Origin: Eledone cirrhosa
Lineage: Eukaryota
Reading direction: 5' to 3'
Assembly (NCBI GenBank): GCA_964016885.1
Contig: OZ024744.1
Span: 37,076,001 to 37,140,000, forward strand
Length of the DNA stretch: 64,000 nucleotides
In this document: in pieces, positions 1 to 11,734 of the stretch
How positions within the stretch are numbered: the first letter of the stretch is position 1
How the letters are laid out: every line of letters starts with the position of its first letter
Notes under the pieces: generated by a model
What the model was told of the DNA's origin: nothing
Seen by the model: only the letters and a program-made list of their open reading frames with translations
The model's database searches: none
Program-made: the position numbers and the translations under genes

Positions 1-400
1 TCGCGAATAGAAGCGGGCGAAATGGGGTTCCTCCGAAGAGCCTTTGGAGTAATGTTACTGGATAGTGTACGTAGCTTGGAGATCAGAGACTCACTCCAGG
101 TAGAGCCGCTACTTCTCTGCATTGAGAGATCACAGCCCCGATATTATGGGCATGTAGTTAGAATGTATCAGGAGAGAATCGCTGGACAGATTTTACGGGC
201 AAAACCAACTGGCAAGAGAATCAGAGAGGGTAGACTCCGAGCAAGATGGTTGGATAACATCCATGAACTTGGCTGCTCTTGCTTGAGTATCTAATAAGAT
301 CAGTTGGAGACGATTGCTACTGTCAGGACCCCTTGGAGCAAATGTTTCAGGACTCTTCCCCCACAACCGTCTCAGGAATATGTGGGCGAACAGGAAGAAG
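1..400 (+). mobile_element. RTE-clade LINE, 3' terminal fragment (post-RT C-terminal region), ending at a (TA)n tract
   Basis: ORF 22..294 reads MGFLRR..G..LLD.VRS.EIR..L.VEPLLL.IERSQ.R..GHVVRM..R...RW.D.I, the typical C-terminus of RTE/Rex3-like ORFs. Confidence 0.7.
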
Positions 401-724
<324 letters not shown>

Positions 725-1149
725 TATTGATATACATATAAGAAATGTCCATTAGTTTTGCTCAATGAATTAATTAAATAATTGACTAACTGCCACATGA
801 CATTTTTTCCCTTTCGAAAATATCACCAGTAACTGACACTTGAAATTATTCCTTGGATTGAGAATGTCTCCTGAAGAGCTGTGATGTATCGCAGCGGAGG
901 ATATACTAACTTAATGGAATATCCGCGCCGAAATATATTAAGGTTTAATGTTTCGAGAAAGCCCACTATTTAAGTAGAGTATTTATTCCCTTGAATATAT
1001 TTATATATATATAGCGCGTTGATGTACCTATGATGTATAAAGTTGATGTACTTATTCACGTGACAGGCATCAACCAACCAAATTTCACTTATATATATAA
1101 AAAACAAGAATTTGAGCCACATTTTAAAAGGCAAATATAATAATAACTT

Positions 1150-1421
1150 TGTAATGCGAACTAGCGCGAAATGTTTTATACTTATTCATGTGACAGTCAT
1201 CAACCAAACAAATTATTAAAAAGAAAACAGCCCAGCAATTTGAGCCACTCTTTCCACATAAAACAGAAGTAAGATTCGAACACCAAGCAGATGCCAGAAA
1301 AACCACAAACCCTCAATCTCAATTCTACTTTTGAAAAGCATAAGAACTGAAACCGGTAAAGGAAAAAAATAAATATTCGTAAAAAGACTCCAGTTGCTTT
1401 TCTGATTTATTTTCCTATCCT
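1150..1421 (+). repeat. Dispersed repeat, probably a Penelope-like terminus; inverted copy at 11403-11665
   Basis: The reverse complement matches 11403-11665 (gcaactggagtcttttt..aatatttat..aaaagtagaattgagatt..gtggaaagagtggc..ttggttgatgactgt..aataagta). It contains TTGAAAA...GAAACCGGTA, resembling a degenerate PLE hammerhead end. Both copies abut (TA)n. Confidence 0.6.
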
Positions 1422-1580
1422 TATATATATATATATATATATATATGTAGAGGTTATATTTAATTTGTTGGGATACAACAACCAAAATATTTTTATAACT
1501 GATATAAAGCACTCAACAAATTATTAGAGTAAATATACAATATATTAACAAATGGAAACTATATTTATAAAACCATATTT

Positions 1581-1644
1581 ATTTCATTATACATATTTCA
1601 AGGGCCACCAAGGCAGATTATGGTGCGCTTTCATCAGATAAAAT
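1581..1644 (-). ncRNA. Mirror copy of the hammerhead ribozyme motif
   Basis: Reverse complement of 1729-1792 within the inverted repeat; core intact. Confidence 0.6.
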
Positions 1645-1728
1645 ATAATATGGATTAGTTTTATAAATAAATATTGACATACCCTGAACAAATGCAACCT
1701 TCACGGTTGTAGCCTCAATCTATATTAC

Positions 1729-1792
1729 ATTTTATCTGATGAAAGCGCGCCATAATCTGCCTTGGTGGCCCTTGAAATATGTATAATGAAAT
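1729..1792 (+). ncRNA. Minimal type-I hammerhead ribozyme motif (PLE-associated)
   Basis: Stem I ATTTTAT(1729-35) pairs with ATGAAAT(1786-92). Core CTGATGA 1736-42, stem II AAGCGCGCCA/TGGTGGCCCTT, GAAA 1774-77, one-bp stem III, cleavage triplet ATA 1783-85. Confidence 0.65.
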
Positions 1793-1854
1793 ACATATGG
1801 TTTTATAAATATAGTTTCCATTTGTTAATATATTGTATATATATATATGTATAT

Positions 1855-2145
1855 GCCCTGCGTCTCAAACAGACCAGTGCCTGTCCTTAGAGCGTCAACA
1901 TACTTTAACCTTAGTCTTCCTCTTCCGGTGTGTCTATGTAGGGGCTTCCACAGGAGCACTGAGTGCAGTGTCAACTCTGGATGTCGGTGAGCATGTGCAG
2001 CTAACTTCAGTCCCCTCTGTGTCACTTTTGAGTTGACTTTTGGGAGGCTCCCATACAGCTCTGAGTTTTTCATCCTCAGTGTTTTCTGATTAATGTTCAG
2101 AGCCATCCTCTGCATTCTCGTGTAGCACCCATCCACCATCTTAGT
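1855..2145 (-). mobile_element. RTE-like LINE C-terminal fragment between (TA)n tracts
   Basis: DGCYTRMQRMALNI...LYGSLPK...LKLAAHAHRHPEL...LLWKP...RGR.R..YVDAL..TGL within ORF 1825..2328. Confidence 0.65.
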
Positions 2146-2167
2146 GATATATACATACATATTATAA

Positions 2168-2234
<67 letters not shown>

Positions 2235-3044
2235 TACACACACACACATATATATATATATCGATTGAAAAGGCCAATGGAAACACTGTTTCCACGGTCC
2301 AATTCGACGAACGTCGATCGACTGTCAATGTATATATATATGCGGATCTTCACCTTGGAGCTGAAGATCCGCATAAAGTGAAACAATTATTCTCGGTATG
2401 GTGAAATAACTGTTGTGTTACCACTTCTACCTATCTCGTCCCATGGACTGGGTGCTCTACTACTCGGATATTGCGTTCCAGGGTTCTACCTTTATATATA
2501 TATATATGTGTGTGTGTGCGTGTGTGTTTGTGTGTGTTTGTGTGTGTGTGCGTGTGTGTTTGTGTGTGTTTGTGTGTGTGTGCGTGTGTGTTTGTGTGTG
2601 TTTGTGTGTGTGGGGGGGGGTCCTTGAGGGAATGTAAGAGTAAATCTTACCGGATTAAAAAAAACGAGAGAACTGTCATGAGATTGTTGCTGATTTTTCT
2701 ATCTCTCAATCTCTCATACTTTTTATTACAGCTCATTATGTCTTTCAATTTGATTTTCGATATGTTTACAATATATATATGAATATATTGATATGACATT
2801 TCCTGTAAAACCTACTTATGAACAGCTGAATAATTCATGAATGTTGTAGCTTATATTTCAACATAGATAAAATGAAGGTGAAAAAAACAACAACCCATAA
2901 GCTAGAAAAGGAGGGAGTAAAAGTGAAAGTGAGGGAGATTCACTGACGGAAATGTTCATCATATAATTGACATTTAATTTACAAATAATAACTTTTGTAA
3001 AATATTCTAAGTTCCTTTACCGTGAGAAGGTGTGATATTTCGAA

Positions 3045-3104
<60 letters not shown>

Positions 3105-3117
3105 CTAAATATGTTTG

Positions 3118-3178
<61 letters not shown>

Positions 3179-3199
3179 AGGTTATAGTTCACTTGAAGC

Positions 3200-4180
3200 A
3201 TTGTGTAATGAGGTATAAACGTTTGAATATGTGTAATAAGGCCAAAACAATGCAGGTATGGACATAGAAAAAAGAATGCAATAGTAAAAGATATTGTTGA
3301 GAATTTGTCTTTCACCTTGAATTTATTTAAATGTCCTTAATTTTCGAGATAATATCTCTTCTTCGGAGGGAAGTAAAGGTCTCAAACCAGCGTCTTAAAT
3401 CTCTAGCCAAGCCATGCTGACCGGAAATAGAATAGAGTATCAGTTCTAACTCTAATATCAAAGAATTGAAATTAGGTGGATAACGAGTAGTCTCCCTTTA
3501 AGAGGGGTTTGTTTAGGTTTTTTTTTTTTTTTTTTTTAATTTTATATTAGTGCCTGTATATGTGTGTGGGAGAATGCATGGAGGTGTAGGTATGTGGGTG
3601 TGTGTGTGTGAGTGTGGGAAGAAAGGTCTAATCGTAAAAGTGGGGGGTAGGTGTTATCTGGTGTTAGAACTGGTTTTGTGTGTGTATGTGTGAGAGACAA
3701 AAAGTGGAGGTGTAAGCGTGTGTGTGTGCGCGTGCCTGTGTGTGGGGTGTGTAAATATGGGGCTAGAGGCCCTATCAGGTTATAAATTGGGTGTTGAGCT
3801 CTAGTCTATTATTGATTGGAGGATGTGTTTTATCTATAATAAGTGCTTCCTTAATTCTAAGATTGCCGAGGTTTCTTTCCTTAGTTTCTATCCTAACTGT
3901 TATGTTTTTATCGGTGTTTTTGCATTTAACTAGGTGTTTCTTAAATGAGGAAGCGTTAGTATTGAGCTGTTCTTTTATTATTATGTGGAGTGGTCTGGTG
4001 GTGCTACCTACGTAGAAGTTGTTGCATTTGTCACACTCTAGTCTGTATACTACGTAAGCCTGGTGGCATAGGTCTGTGTCGTTGATGGGGCAGTTGGCTA
4101 GTCTGCAGCAGTTGTCATGTCTGGTGGAGTGTCTCTTGGCCAGCCGTCCGCGCAGAGAATGACCCGAGTGGGCCAGTTGG
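3200..4180 (-). mobile_element. Penelope-like element 3' fragment: Cys-rich linker, GIY-YIG endonuclease and 3' UTR
   Basis: ORF 3775..4236 reads C..ANCPI....C....VVYRLEC.KC..FYVGST.RPL...KE.....H......L...EAL.I....P.IN. A degenerate hammerhead-like CCGAAGA..GAGAT/ATCTC..GAAA lies near 3330-3368. Confidence 0.8.
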
Positions 4181-4475
4181 ATATATATGAAATATATGTG
4201 ATAAAATAAATATGGTTTTATGAAGATAGTTTCCATTTATTAATATCATTGTGTAAATGGTCCAGGTAACAGTCAAACTTTTCTTGAGTCGGTTTTTCGT
4301 TGTTCTGGTCCTTGCGGCTCGCTTTTCGGTCGCTGGCTTCAATTTGCATAGCTGTCTAAACGTAATGTTATAACTCTAAGGTAAAACTCCTTATTGAGAG
4401 CTTTTGGCTGCACTTTCCGGCAGCATTCGTTAGCATGTCCGCAACCAGAGCTTCGATTATGCTGCACTACCTTCT

Positions 4476-4516
<41 letters not shown>

Positions 4517-4525
4517 GCACACGCA

Positions 4526-4630
<105 letters not shown>

Positions 4631-4640
4631 ACATACACAC

Positions 4641-4673
<33 letters not shown>

Positions 4674-4920
4674 GTATGAAAGCAAAGGAAGAGAGAATCA
4701 GTGTTGGATCATAACATATTTATTATACTATGTTCTGCGAGAGCATCGAGTGCTCGCCCGGCATACTGCCAAGGGACGCAATTATCTTTCACCTCTACAC
4801 CTATATATACATATATATATATTTAGCGAGAATCGCATTTCGGCGAGTAGAAATTAGCGAAACGCAACTTCTGAATTGTGTTGGCGAGCGCTCAATGGAT
4901 ATGAATATATACAACTATAA

Positions 4921-5130
4921 ACATAAGTTTAAAAGGCCATACAAAACTGAGACGATGGTTAAGAAGCCATTAACCACCTAAGCCAAAAAAGCGAGCAAGC
5001 TAAGTGGGTGAAACAAAATATTTCAATCATATCTTATTTTGTTTCACCCACTTAGCTTGCTCGCTTTTTCCGGCTTACGTGGTTAATGGCTTCTTAACCA
5101 TCGTCTCAGTTTTGTATGGTCTTTTTAACT

Positions 5131-5135
<5 letters not shown>
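4921..5135. repeat. Long foldback (~100-bp arms, ~14-nt loop), MITE-like or inverted terminus
   Basis: 4921-5020 is the near-perfect reverse complement of 5035-5135, so both strands give the peptide KRPYKTETMVKKPLTT. Confidence 0.9.
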
Positions 5136-5192
<57 letters not shown>

Positions 5193-5599
5193 AGTGGAAA
5201 GTTAGTAAAATCGAAGTTGTGGCGGTCGGCCAACATCCGCGAAAATACAATTGGAAGCTTGCACGAAGCGCTCAATAGGAATGTATCGATAAATCGATAA
5301 GTTACATATTATAGTAATAAACATATGTTAAATAGTGTGACAAATTGAAAACCCTGGTTAAGGGGAGAAAGCCACAGAAGCCAACACAACAACGAAAATA
5401 CAATCAGATTAAATGTGTGTGTGGGGGGGGGGGGATTGTTTGTGTGGGTGGGTGTGTGTGCGTGTGTGTGTGTTGTCGCGTGCGTGTGTGTCTGTGCGTG
5501 TGTAAAAGACATAATACAAACATAATTGTGTAAGAATGAAAAAATAATGCATTTTGTTGTTTTTTTTTGTAAATATAGATGGATAAGTTGGAAAAGCAA

Positions 5600-7790
5600 C
5601 AGGAATAGTGAATGTCTAGACTGACTTCATATACAATGCTGCGAACTGCTATTACAATGAAAATGCCTAACAATGAAAACGAATTTTCCGAAAACAAGGA
5701 TGTATCATCAAGTTGGGTATGTTGCTATATGGTGTGTTTGTGTATGTGTGTGTGCTTATACACATACGTTTTAGGTTGTGTACGATATTATATGTGAGTG
5801 TGCCTGTGCGTGCAGGGGTATGCTCCTAGGTGGGAAAGTTAAACTCGAAAAAGTGAATTTCCGCTGGTGCCTGCAAGGAATGATAATCTCGGACTTGGGG
5901 TTAATCAAGTTTTGCTCTAATTTCACAATACCATGGCTTCCACCTCACAGGTTTGCAGTGCCCACCGACCACGGAATACGTGGCCGGGCGCTGCACTATA
6001 CTCCAGTGTAGCTTGAAGCTTGTGCTATTGTCCTTTAGCCTCCAGATTAAGTCCGCCAGTCTTGAGAAATGCCTCTTGGTTCAGCCTTTGGAAGAGTTTA
6101 TGTGGTTATACATCTTCGATTTAAAGCTCGTGGATGTTGCTCCATTATAATTGTTGACCGTGTTCTGCGTTTCAAGCACACATTTGTTCGTGATCATGCA
6201 GTTTCCCTGTAGAGGTCACTGCGCTTTATCACGGCAGTTGCATGGCATGACGGCAGTTGCATGACATGTATACTGGAGCCAGTGGTGTCAAGTGGTACGT
6301 CATTTATATCCGGCTTGTTACCACGTTGGGGATCACAGTCAACGTTCTGGTCAGTTGGGTGTCAGTGTCATGGCTCAGGAGGGATTGGGGCACAGTAGTG
6401 GATAAAGGGTAGTTGGTGTTAGGGACAGTAAGGGTTCCCCCAACCACTCTCGACAGATCTCCTGTCTGCTGCCGGCGGAATTGGTGCTAGTAATATAGTC
6501 ACCTAAATTGGAAAATGAGAATTTCACAGTGTGCCGGTTGAACAGTTTATGTGCTTACGGGTAGTTAGGAAACACTCATCCAGTGCCTTGAATAATATCC
6601 CCAGTATGTTGGTCCGTACATGCTTAGAGTATGGCGCATTGAACCACGTTACATTTCTCGAGCTGTTCTTAACACGTCCTCTATACATTGGTGGTATAGG
6701 TGTGTTGTTGTGTTGTCTGCTGCTACGATAATGGCCGTTGTTGTTTACACTCCATATTGCTAGGTCTATCAGTCCGATACGAGTTGTCGTGGTTATTGCC
6801 TATTCTAGAGTGTGGAGGACTTAAGACATGATACTTGTTCCTATTCCTATTTTCTGTACGACTATAGTTGCTGGTGCAGGTTTCTGTTAATCTTACGTTG
6901 TCTGCTAATCGTACTGTATCCCTGCCGCGATTATCCTTATTTGTGGACCATGTTGTGTCCCTATTTCTAATATTTCTATCTGTTGGTATGTTGTTGGTGT
7001 GTCCTTGGTTTCGCGTGTTATGTGACCTATCATTCGCCAGTGCCTCAATATATTCGTATGTCATATTGGTATTCCTATCTCTTCTAACGTCCCGGGGCTT
7101 GTCGTTAAATATTCATCCCAGGTTAATGTGTTGGTGATTGCCTGTACTGCTACTACTCGAGTACCTACGTTCCCTGGAGCTAGGTCTGTCAGTATCAGGG
7201 ATGTATTTAATACCTTCTATATAACCACCCTAGTCAGTGCCTCGTTGTAATATTCGGCATGCTGCCTGAATAATTCGGCATTGGCTGACAAGGTAGACAC
7301 TCGGTTCGATACTGTTTTATCTATAGAGTTAATTATAGTCTTGGGGTGGTTCGAGTGTCAACCCACGTACTGCAAATTTTCATTTGGTTTGCGCCACCCT
7401 CTGTAAATTCCTGTGTCCAGCTCCAGAGTCACGTCCAGAAAGTTCGCCATCTGTCTTGGGGTCTATCTTGGGGTCAGTCCGTATTGTTTGAAAAAATAAT
7501 TAATACGTTTCCTCATTCTCTCTAGTTGGTTAGGGTTGGGTGAGTGGAAGGCAAAAAGAGCATCGTCACTATACAATCCACCCCCACCCCGGGAATTTCC
7601 TCCAACAGCTGTTGCAGGAGGTATATTCGCACTACGTCCGTTAACTGTGCGGAGTCTCTGGACCCCATAGTTATGTCGAAACTGGCGGGTCTATCCCTAT
7701 GCTCCTAGGGTCTGCCGCCGTACTGAACGGGCAGCTATAATTGTGTGCACCTCTCTTCTCATTAAGTTAGATTTACTCATGGTATTCATC
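5600..7790 (-). mobile_element. Degenerate Naiad-type Penelope-like element (RT, linker, GIY-YIG), 5'-truncated
   Basis: Manual translation across frameshifts: FDITMGS.DSAQL, GLYSDDAL, NFLDVTLEL, RKPN..L.YV..HSNHP, RNVTWFNAPYSKHVRTNI, LFNRHTVK, CNCR..Q*PLQGNC, G.T.TSFK..YNH, LADLIWRLKD...WSIV. Confidence 0.75.
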
Positions 7791-7901
7791 ATTGGGGAGA
7801 TTGACACGTAATATATATATACGTACATTCACATATAGATACAGACACCCACACCCACCCACACACACATACGTATGTATATATATATACGTATATACAT
7901 A

Positions 7902-8175
7902 CATCATGGCTGCCCCCTCGTTATCGAGTATGGCTATTGCACGATATGACATTATTAATAATTATCAATTCATACTATCGTGCAATGCCTATGGGTGAAG
8001 ATTTTTTTAAAGTGAGGAAAGACTGTGCACTGAGCCAATCCCACTCTCTGAGCGACAGTGGCTGTAACCCGAAAAGAAGAAAAGATCAACATCATAGATA
8101 ACTACTGACAAAGGCTAGGGGTCCTTCACTCACAGTGGTTTAACCGCGCGATCGGGTATCCAGCACGATTATTTC
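7902..8175 (-). mobile_element. Short non-autonomous retroposon, possibly RTE-derived
   Basis: GC-richer cassette between microsatellites. Its minus-strand end (..gagggggcagccatgatg) resembles RTE-type 3' tails. Weak support. Confidence 0.3.
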
Positions 8176-8824
8176 TATGTCCCCGCGCATATACATACAC
8201 ATGCAAACATGTATATATATATATATATATATATTTATATGTGTGTGTGTGTGTATGTATGCATACATATATACACATGCATACATGTATATATATATTT
8301 ACACATTTTTGGATGACCGTTAACTCTTATGAGTTCTTCCGCCTTTACATACATACACTCATAAGTGTTTGAGAGACAACGAGAGAGATACACTGGTGCA
8401 AACTAATGCGTTGGCTGACTGAAAGTTACTTCGGGACATTCGGAGTACACTTAGCCGTTGGTTGTGCAATAATTTATAATTTGTTCACCCATTTAACTGT
8501 AGGTTATAGTGTTAACAGAATAGACTTGTCAGAGACACGTAAAATGTATGCTAAACCAATGATTAATTCTTAAAAGTGCATATTTAACATTATCTCACTT
8601 GTGTAAACAATTTGTAGCAATTTCCATTTTGGAATAGGTAGTGTCTCGCCGAGATTAACTTTACCTTTCATCTCTACGAGGTTGATGATATAAAGTACCA
8701 GTAATGAACTGGAGTAATTGCTGGCCTTGTGCGAAAAGTAGAAACAATTATTCCAAATGTACATGTCCATTGTTTGCTCGCTTCATTCCTGGTGGAAAAC
8801 CTCCGGTGAAACATATACATATAT

Positions 8825-9050
8825 ACCAGGTCCGAAAACAAAGGAACCAAACTCCCACTGTCATCACCTCCGTCTCTCCCCTCCCCCCATGTATTATGAG
8901 CAAATGGGGGTTCACGCGCTGGCTGCCCCCGCTGCCCGGGCGGACACAGTCGGCAAGGCGTTTCGCCGGAGGATGGTGAGGGAGACGCGCTGGAAGAGTT
9001 ATTCCAGCTCGCGAGGCTCACGCCTGCGTGTAACCATTTTTGTGCCGTTG
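8825..9050 (-). mobile_element. CRE-clade (RLE) non-LTR retrotransposon, extreme 3' fragment
   Basis: The minus frame from ~9045 reads GTKMVTRRREPRELE*LFQRVSLTILRRNAL, matching the CRE-like C-terminal motif PRE..xLxQRxSxxIxRGNA. Confidence 0.5.
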
Positions 9051-10962
9051 GTGGTGAATACGGAGGTGGCCCTACGGTGTTCCTTCGTAGTTTTGTCTTG
9101 CGATATGCATGTACTAGTGGCTATCTCTTTTCTAAACGAATATAGTGTTTGTAGCTCCTAGACAAGCGACGACTAACTTTCAGCGGATTGTATGTGCGAA
9201 ATCATGGAACTAGTGGTGTAAACTTTCCAAAGAAATGTAGTTGTTGGTTGCTGCTCCTCTACTGCTTTCCTAAATGTGACACTATTTAGTGCTCGAGTTT
9301 CACAAAATAGTTAAATATGGTAATAAATTCAATTCTCTTCGAAAACAACCAAGCTTGTATAAAATTCGCATGAAGCTATGCACATTGAACACTGATCACG
9401 TAATCCGTACAAGCATCGGAGAAGAAAGTACGACATCTTTTTTTCTTATCGGTCTCTCTAGCTAATGGACCGAAAATAGAAATGGACTTCACGTCAAGTA
9501 TTTCAAATGATCAAAACTGACAATCTGGTGCTTATGTATAGGGTTCAGACGAATGATTTTATAAAACCCCAAATATAATTGACTTCAGTGGTTTCTTACA
9601 TCCTCTCAAATATAGAACATGGCTACATTCTTTTAAATTATCTAACAATAACAAAACATTTCGATGGTGTGTGGGTTGGTTCTCAGTTTGTTAAAATAAG
9701 TGTTCAAAGTGAGTGGTGGTGGCACATCTGAATGAATTGATTTCAATTGTCCAGGTAACTTCAGGGTAGTCTTATTTACTAATCCCTATGTGCGCCTAAT
9801 GAGTAAAACAGCATAAGATCCTGTGAGTTGTCAGTGTTGAGTTGTGTTATGTGCAGAACTTTCAACTGAAGATGGAACCATTTGAAGATGCAACTTTGGC
9901 CTCTGAAAGATAGACACTGGTGTCTATTTGTCAACACAGAAGGAGCTTTGTTATTAAAGTGAGAAAGTGCTGATTGCCTCTATGGTGTAAAATGGTAGGA
10001 AAAACAACAACAACATATCTAGATATGGAATGTTCTAATCATTTTCTTGTAACTGTCTTGGCTGTTGTGAAAACAAGAAGTTTGAAAATAAACAGTGATT
10101 CAATCAGAAATAAGAGGTTTCTAATTACAACGTTAATAAAAACAATCTTTACATCAATGTGTCTGTAAAGTCAATTGACTAATTCGTTCGTTGTAGAAAA
10201 TGAATTATGCATGGTGATCATGAATTAAAATTCTTGAGTATCACACTGGTCAGAGCAGATAATATCTCTGTGCTGAAAAAGGAGATGATAAACATACATG
10301 TTTTACGAAAAACTGGCAGAAATAAGATACTGCGAGAATTGATTATTCATTCAGTTTTAAAATGGCTAATATTTTATACCAGCTGACAAGAGGTTTCCAT
10401 ATGAAGAAGAAATTCTATTGGTTGCTGCGGTATGGAATTCAGTCAAAGAAAATGGAGAGAATGAAGCGTAGCATTTTCTTAATGTCTTACGGCTTGGTTA
10501 GCCTCGAAACGACCGAATCTATTATCATGTGATAATATGCAAATCTAGTTAATACAGAAAGTATTAATGTCATGATCACTTGTCGAACGATATGTAGGTT
10601 GTATTAGGTTTTGTGGCTATAAATTAAGGCATTATTCGATCGAAAAGTTGTGCATGTAACTTGTCGAAGTGGGTATATGTAGTAACTGTTGCTGTAAGAT
10701 GGCTGTCATAATAAACTGAAGCATCGGACAAAGTGGTTGTGTCTGTATTTAAATTATTCAAGCATTGATTAAGCACTCAATACTTGTGAGTAGAGAATGA
10801 ATTTTAGTGACTTCGAGGTTTCAGCGTGCTTGTTTCATTATATATTTGGGTGTAATTACAAAAACCAATCTTAATGTTTATTAGTATATATATATATATA
10901 TTTATATACATATATAGCTGTCAAAATGGCCGGAGCTCAGCCGTCGGGGTCCTGACTCTTTT

Positions 10963-11012
<50 letters not shown>

Positions 11013-11016
11013 TAAA

Positions 11017-11272
11017 TTTGAAGAAAAGTCAGACAAAATATATCCAATTTTTCTTCCCCTTGGTCCGTAGAAATTAACTAGATAAATTACCATTTAAACG
11101 GAGCTAAGTTTAAAATGTAACTTTGAAGAAATAACAGATAAATATCAGACTATCCGCTGTGAGGAACAGTCAGATAAAATTTACCTAGTCTTTCCTCTTA
11201 GTCCGTACAAATTAACTAGACAAATAATCAATTAAACGAAGCTAAGTCTAAAATGCAAGTTTGAAGAAAAAA
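11017..11272. repeat. Diverged tandem duplication, period ~138 bp
   Basis: gtccgta.aaattaactaga..aa...ttaaacg.agctaagt.taaaatg.aa.tttgaagaaa occurs at ~11063 and ~11201. Confidence 0.7.
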
Positions 11273-11330
11273 TGTATATAAACTTTACCAAAGGGAGTAT
11301 AGAATAAATTCATAAGTATATATATATATA

Positions 11331-11402
<72 letters not shown>

Positions 11403-11407
<5 letters not shown>

Positions 11408-11665
11408 AAAAGAAATCGAAAATGCAACTGGAGTCTTTTTAAGAATATTTATTTATTTCCTTTTCCGGGTTCTCAGTTCGTATGCTTTTTAAAAGTAGAA
11501 TTGAGATTGGGGGGGGGGGGGTTGTCTCGCATCTGAGTGCTGTTCGAACGTTATTTCTGTTTTGTGTGGAAAGAGTGGCAGAATTGCTAATTTTCTTTGT
11601 TTGTTTATGTAATTTGGTTGGTTGATGACTGTGAATAAGTACATCAAATTTCGCGCCATTCGTCG
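11403..11665 (-). repeat. Second copy of the dispersed repeat at 1150-1421
   Basis: Direct sequence similarity in opposite orientation; starts immediately after a long (TA)n. Confidence 0.65.
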
Positions 11666-11734
11666 TGTTTGGGGGTTCTTTATTGTCATTTCAATTGTTA
11701 GTCACAGTCACATGATTGGCCATGTAATATAAAT

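Larger units (their letters stand above)
1533..1840. repeat. Inverted repeat (~110-bp arms, ~80-bp spacer) of a Penelope-like terminal sequence
   Basis: 1533-1645 is the near-perfect reverse complement of 1728-1840. Confidence 0.9.

Noticed and set aside
865-900. Hammerhead-like CTGAAGA-GCTGTGAT/ATCGCAGC hairpin
   Set aside because: The GAAA core is replaced by GGAG and no stem I is evident; at best a dead remnant.
8570-9161. Host exon in ORFs 8674..9021, 8704..8979 or 8757..9161
   Set aside because: No recognisable domain; the GC-rich part is better explained as a CRE-like remnant.
9170-10870. Repeat-poor AT-rich stretch as a gene or DNA transposon
   Set aside because: I found no convincing ORF, terminal inverted repeats or motifs; left unannotated.
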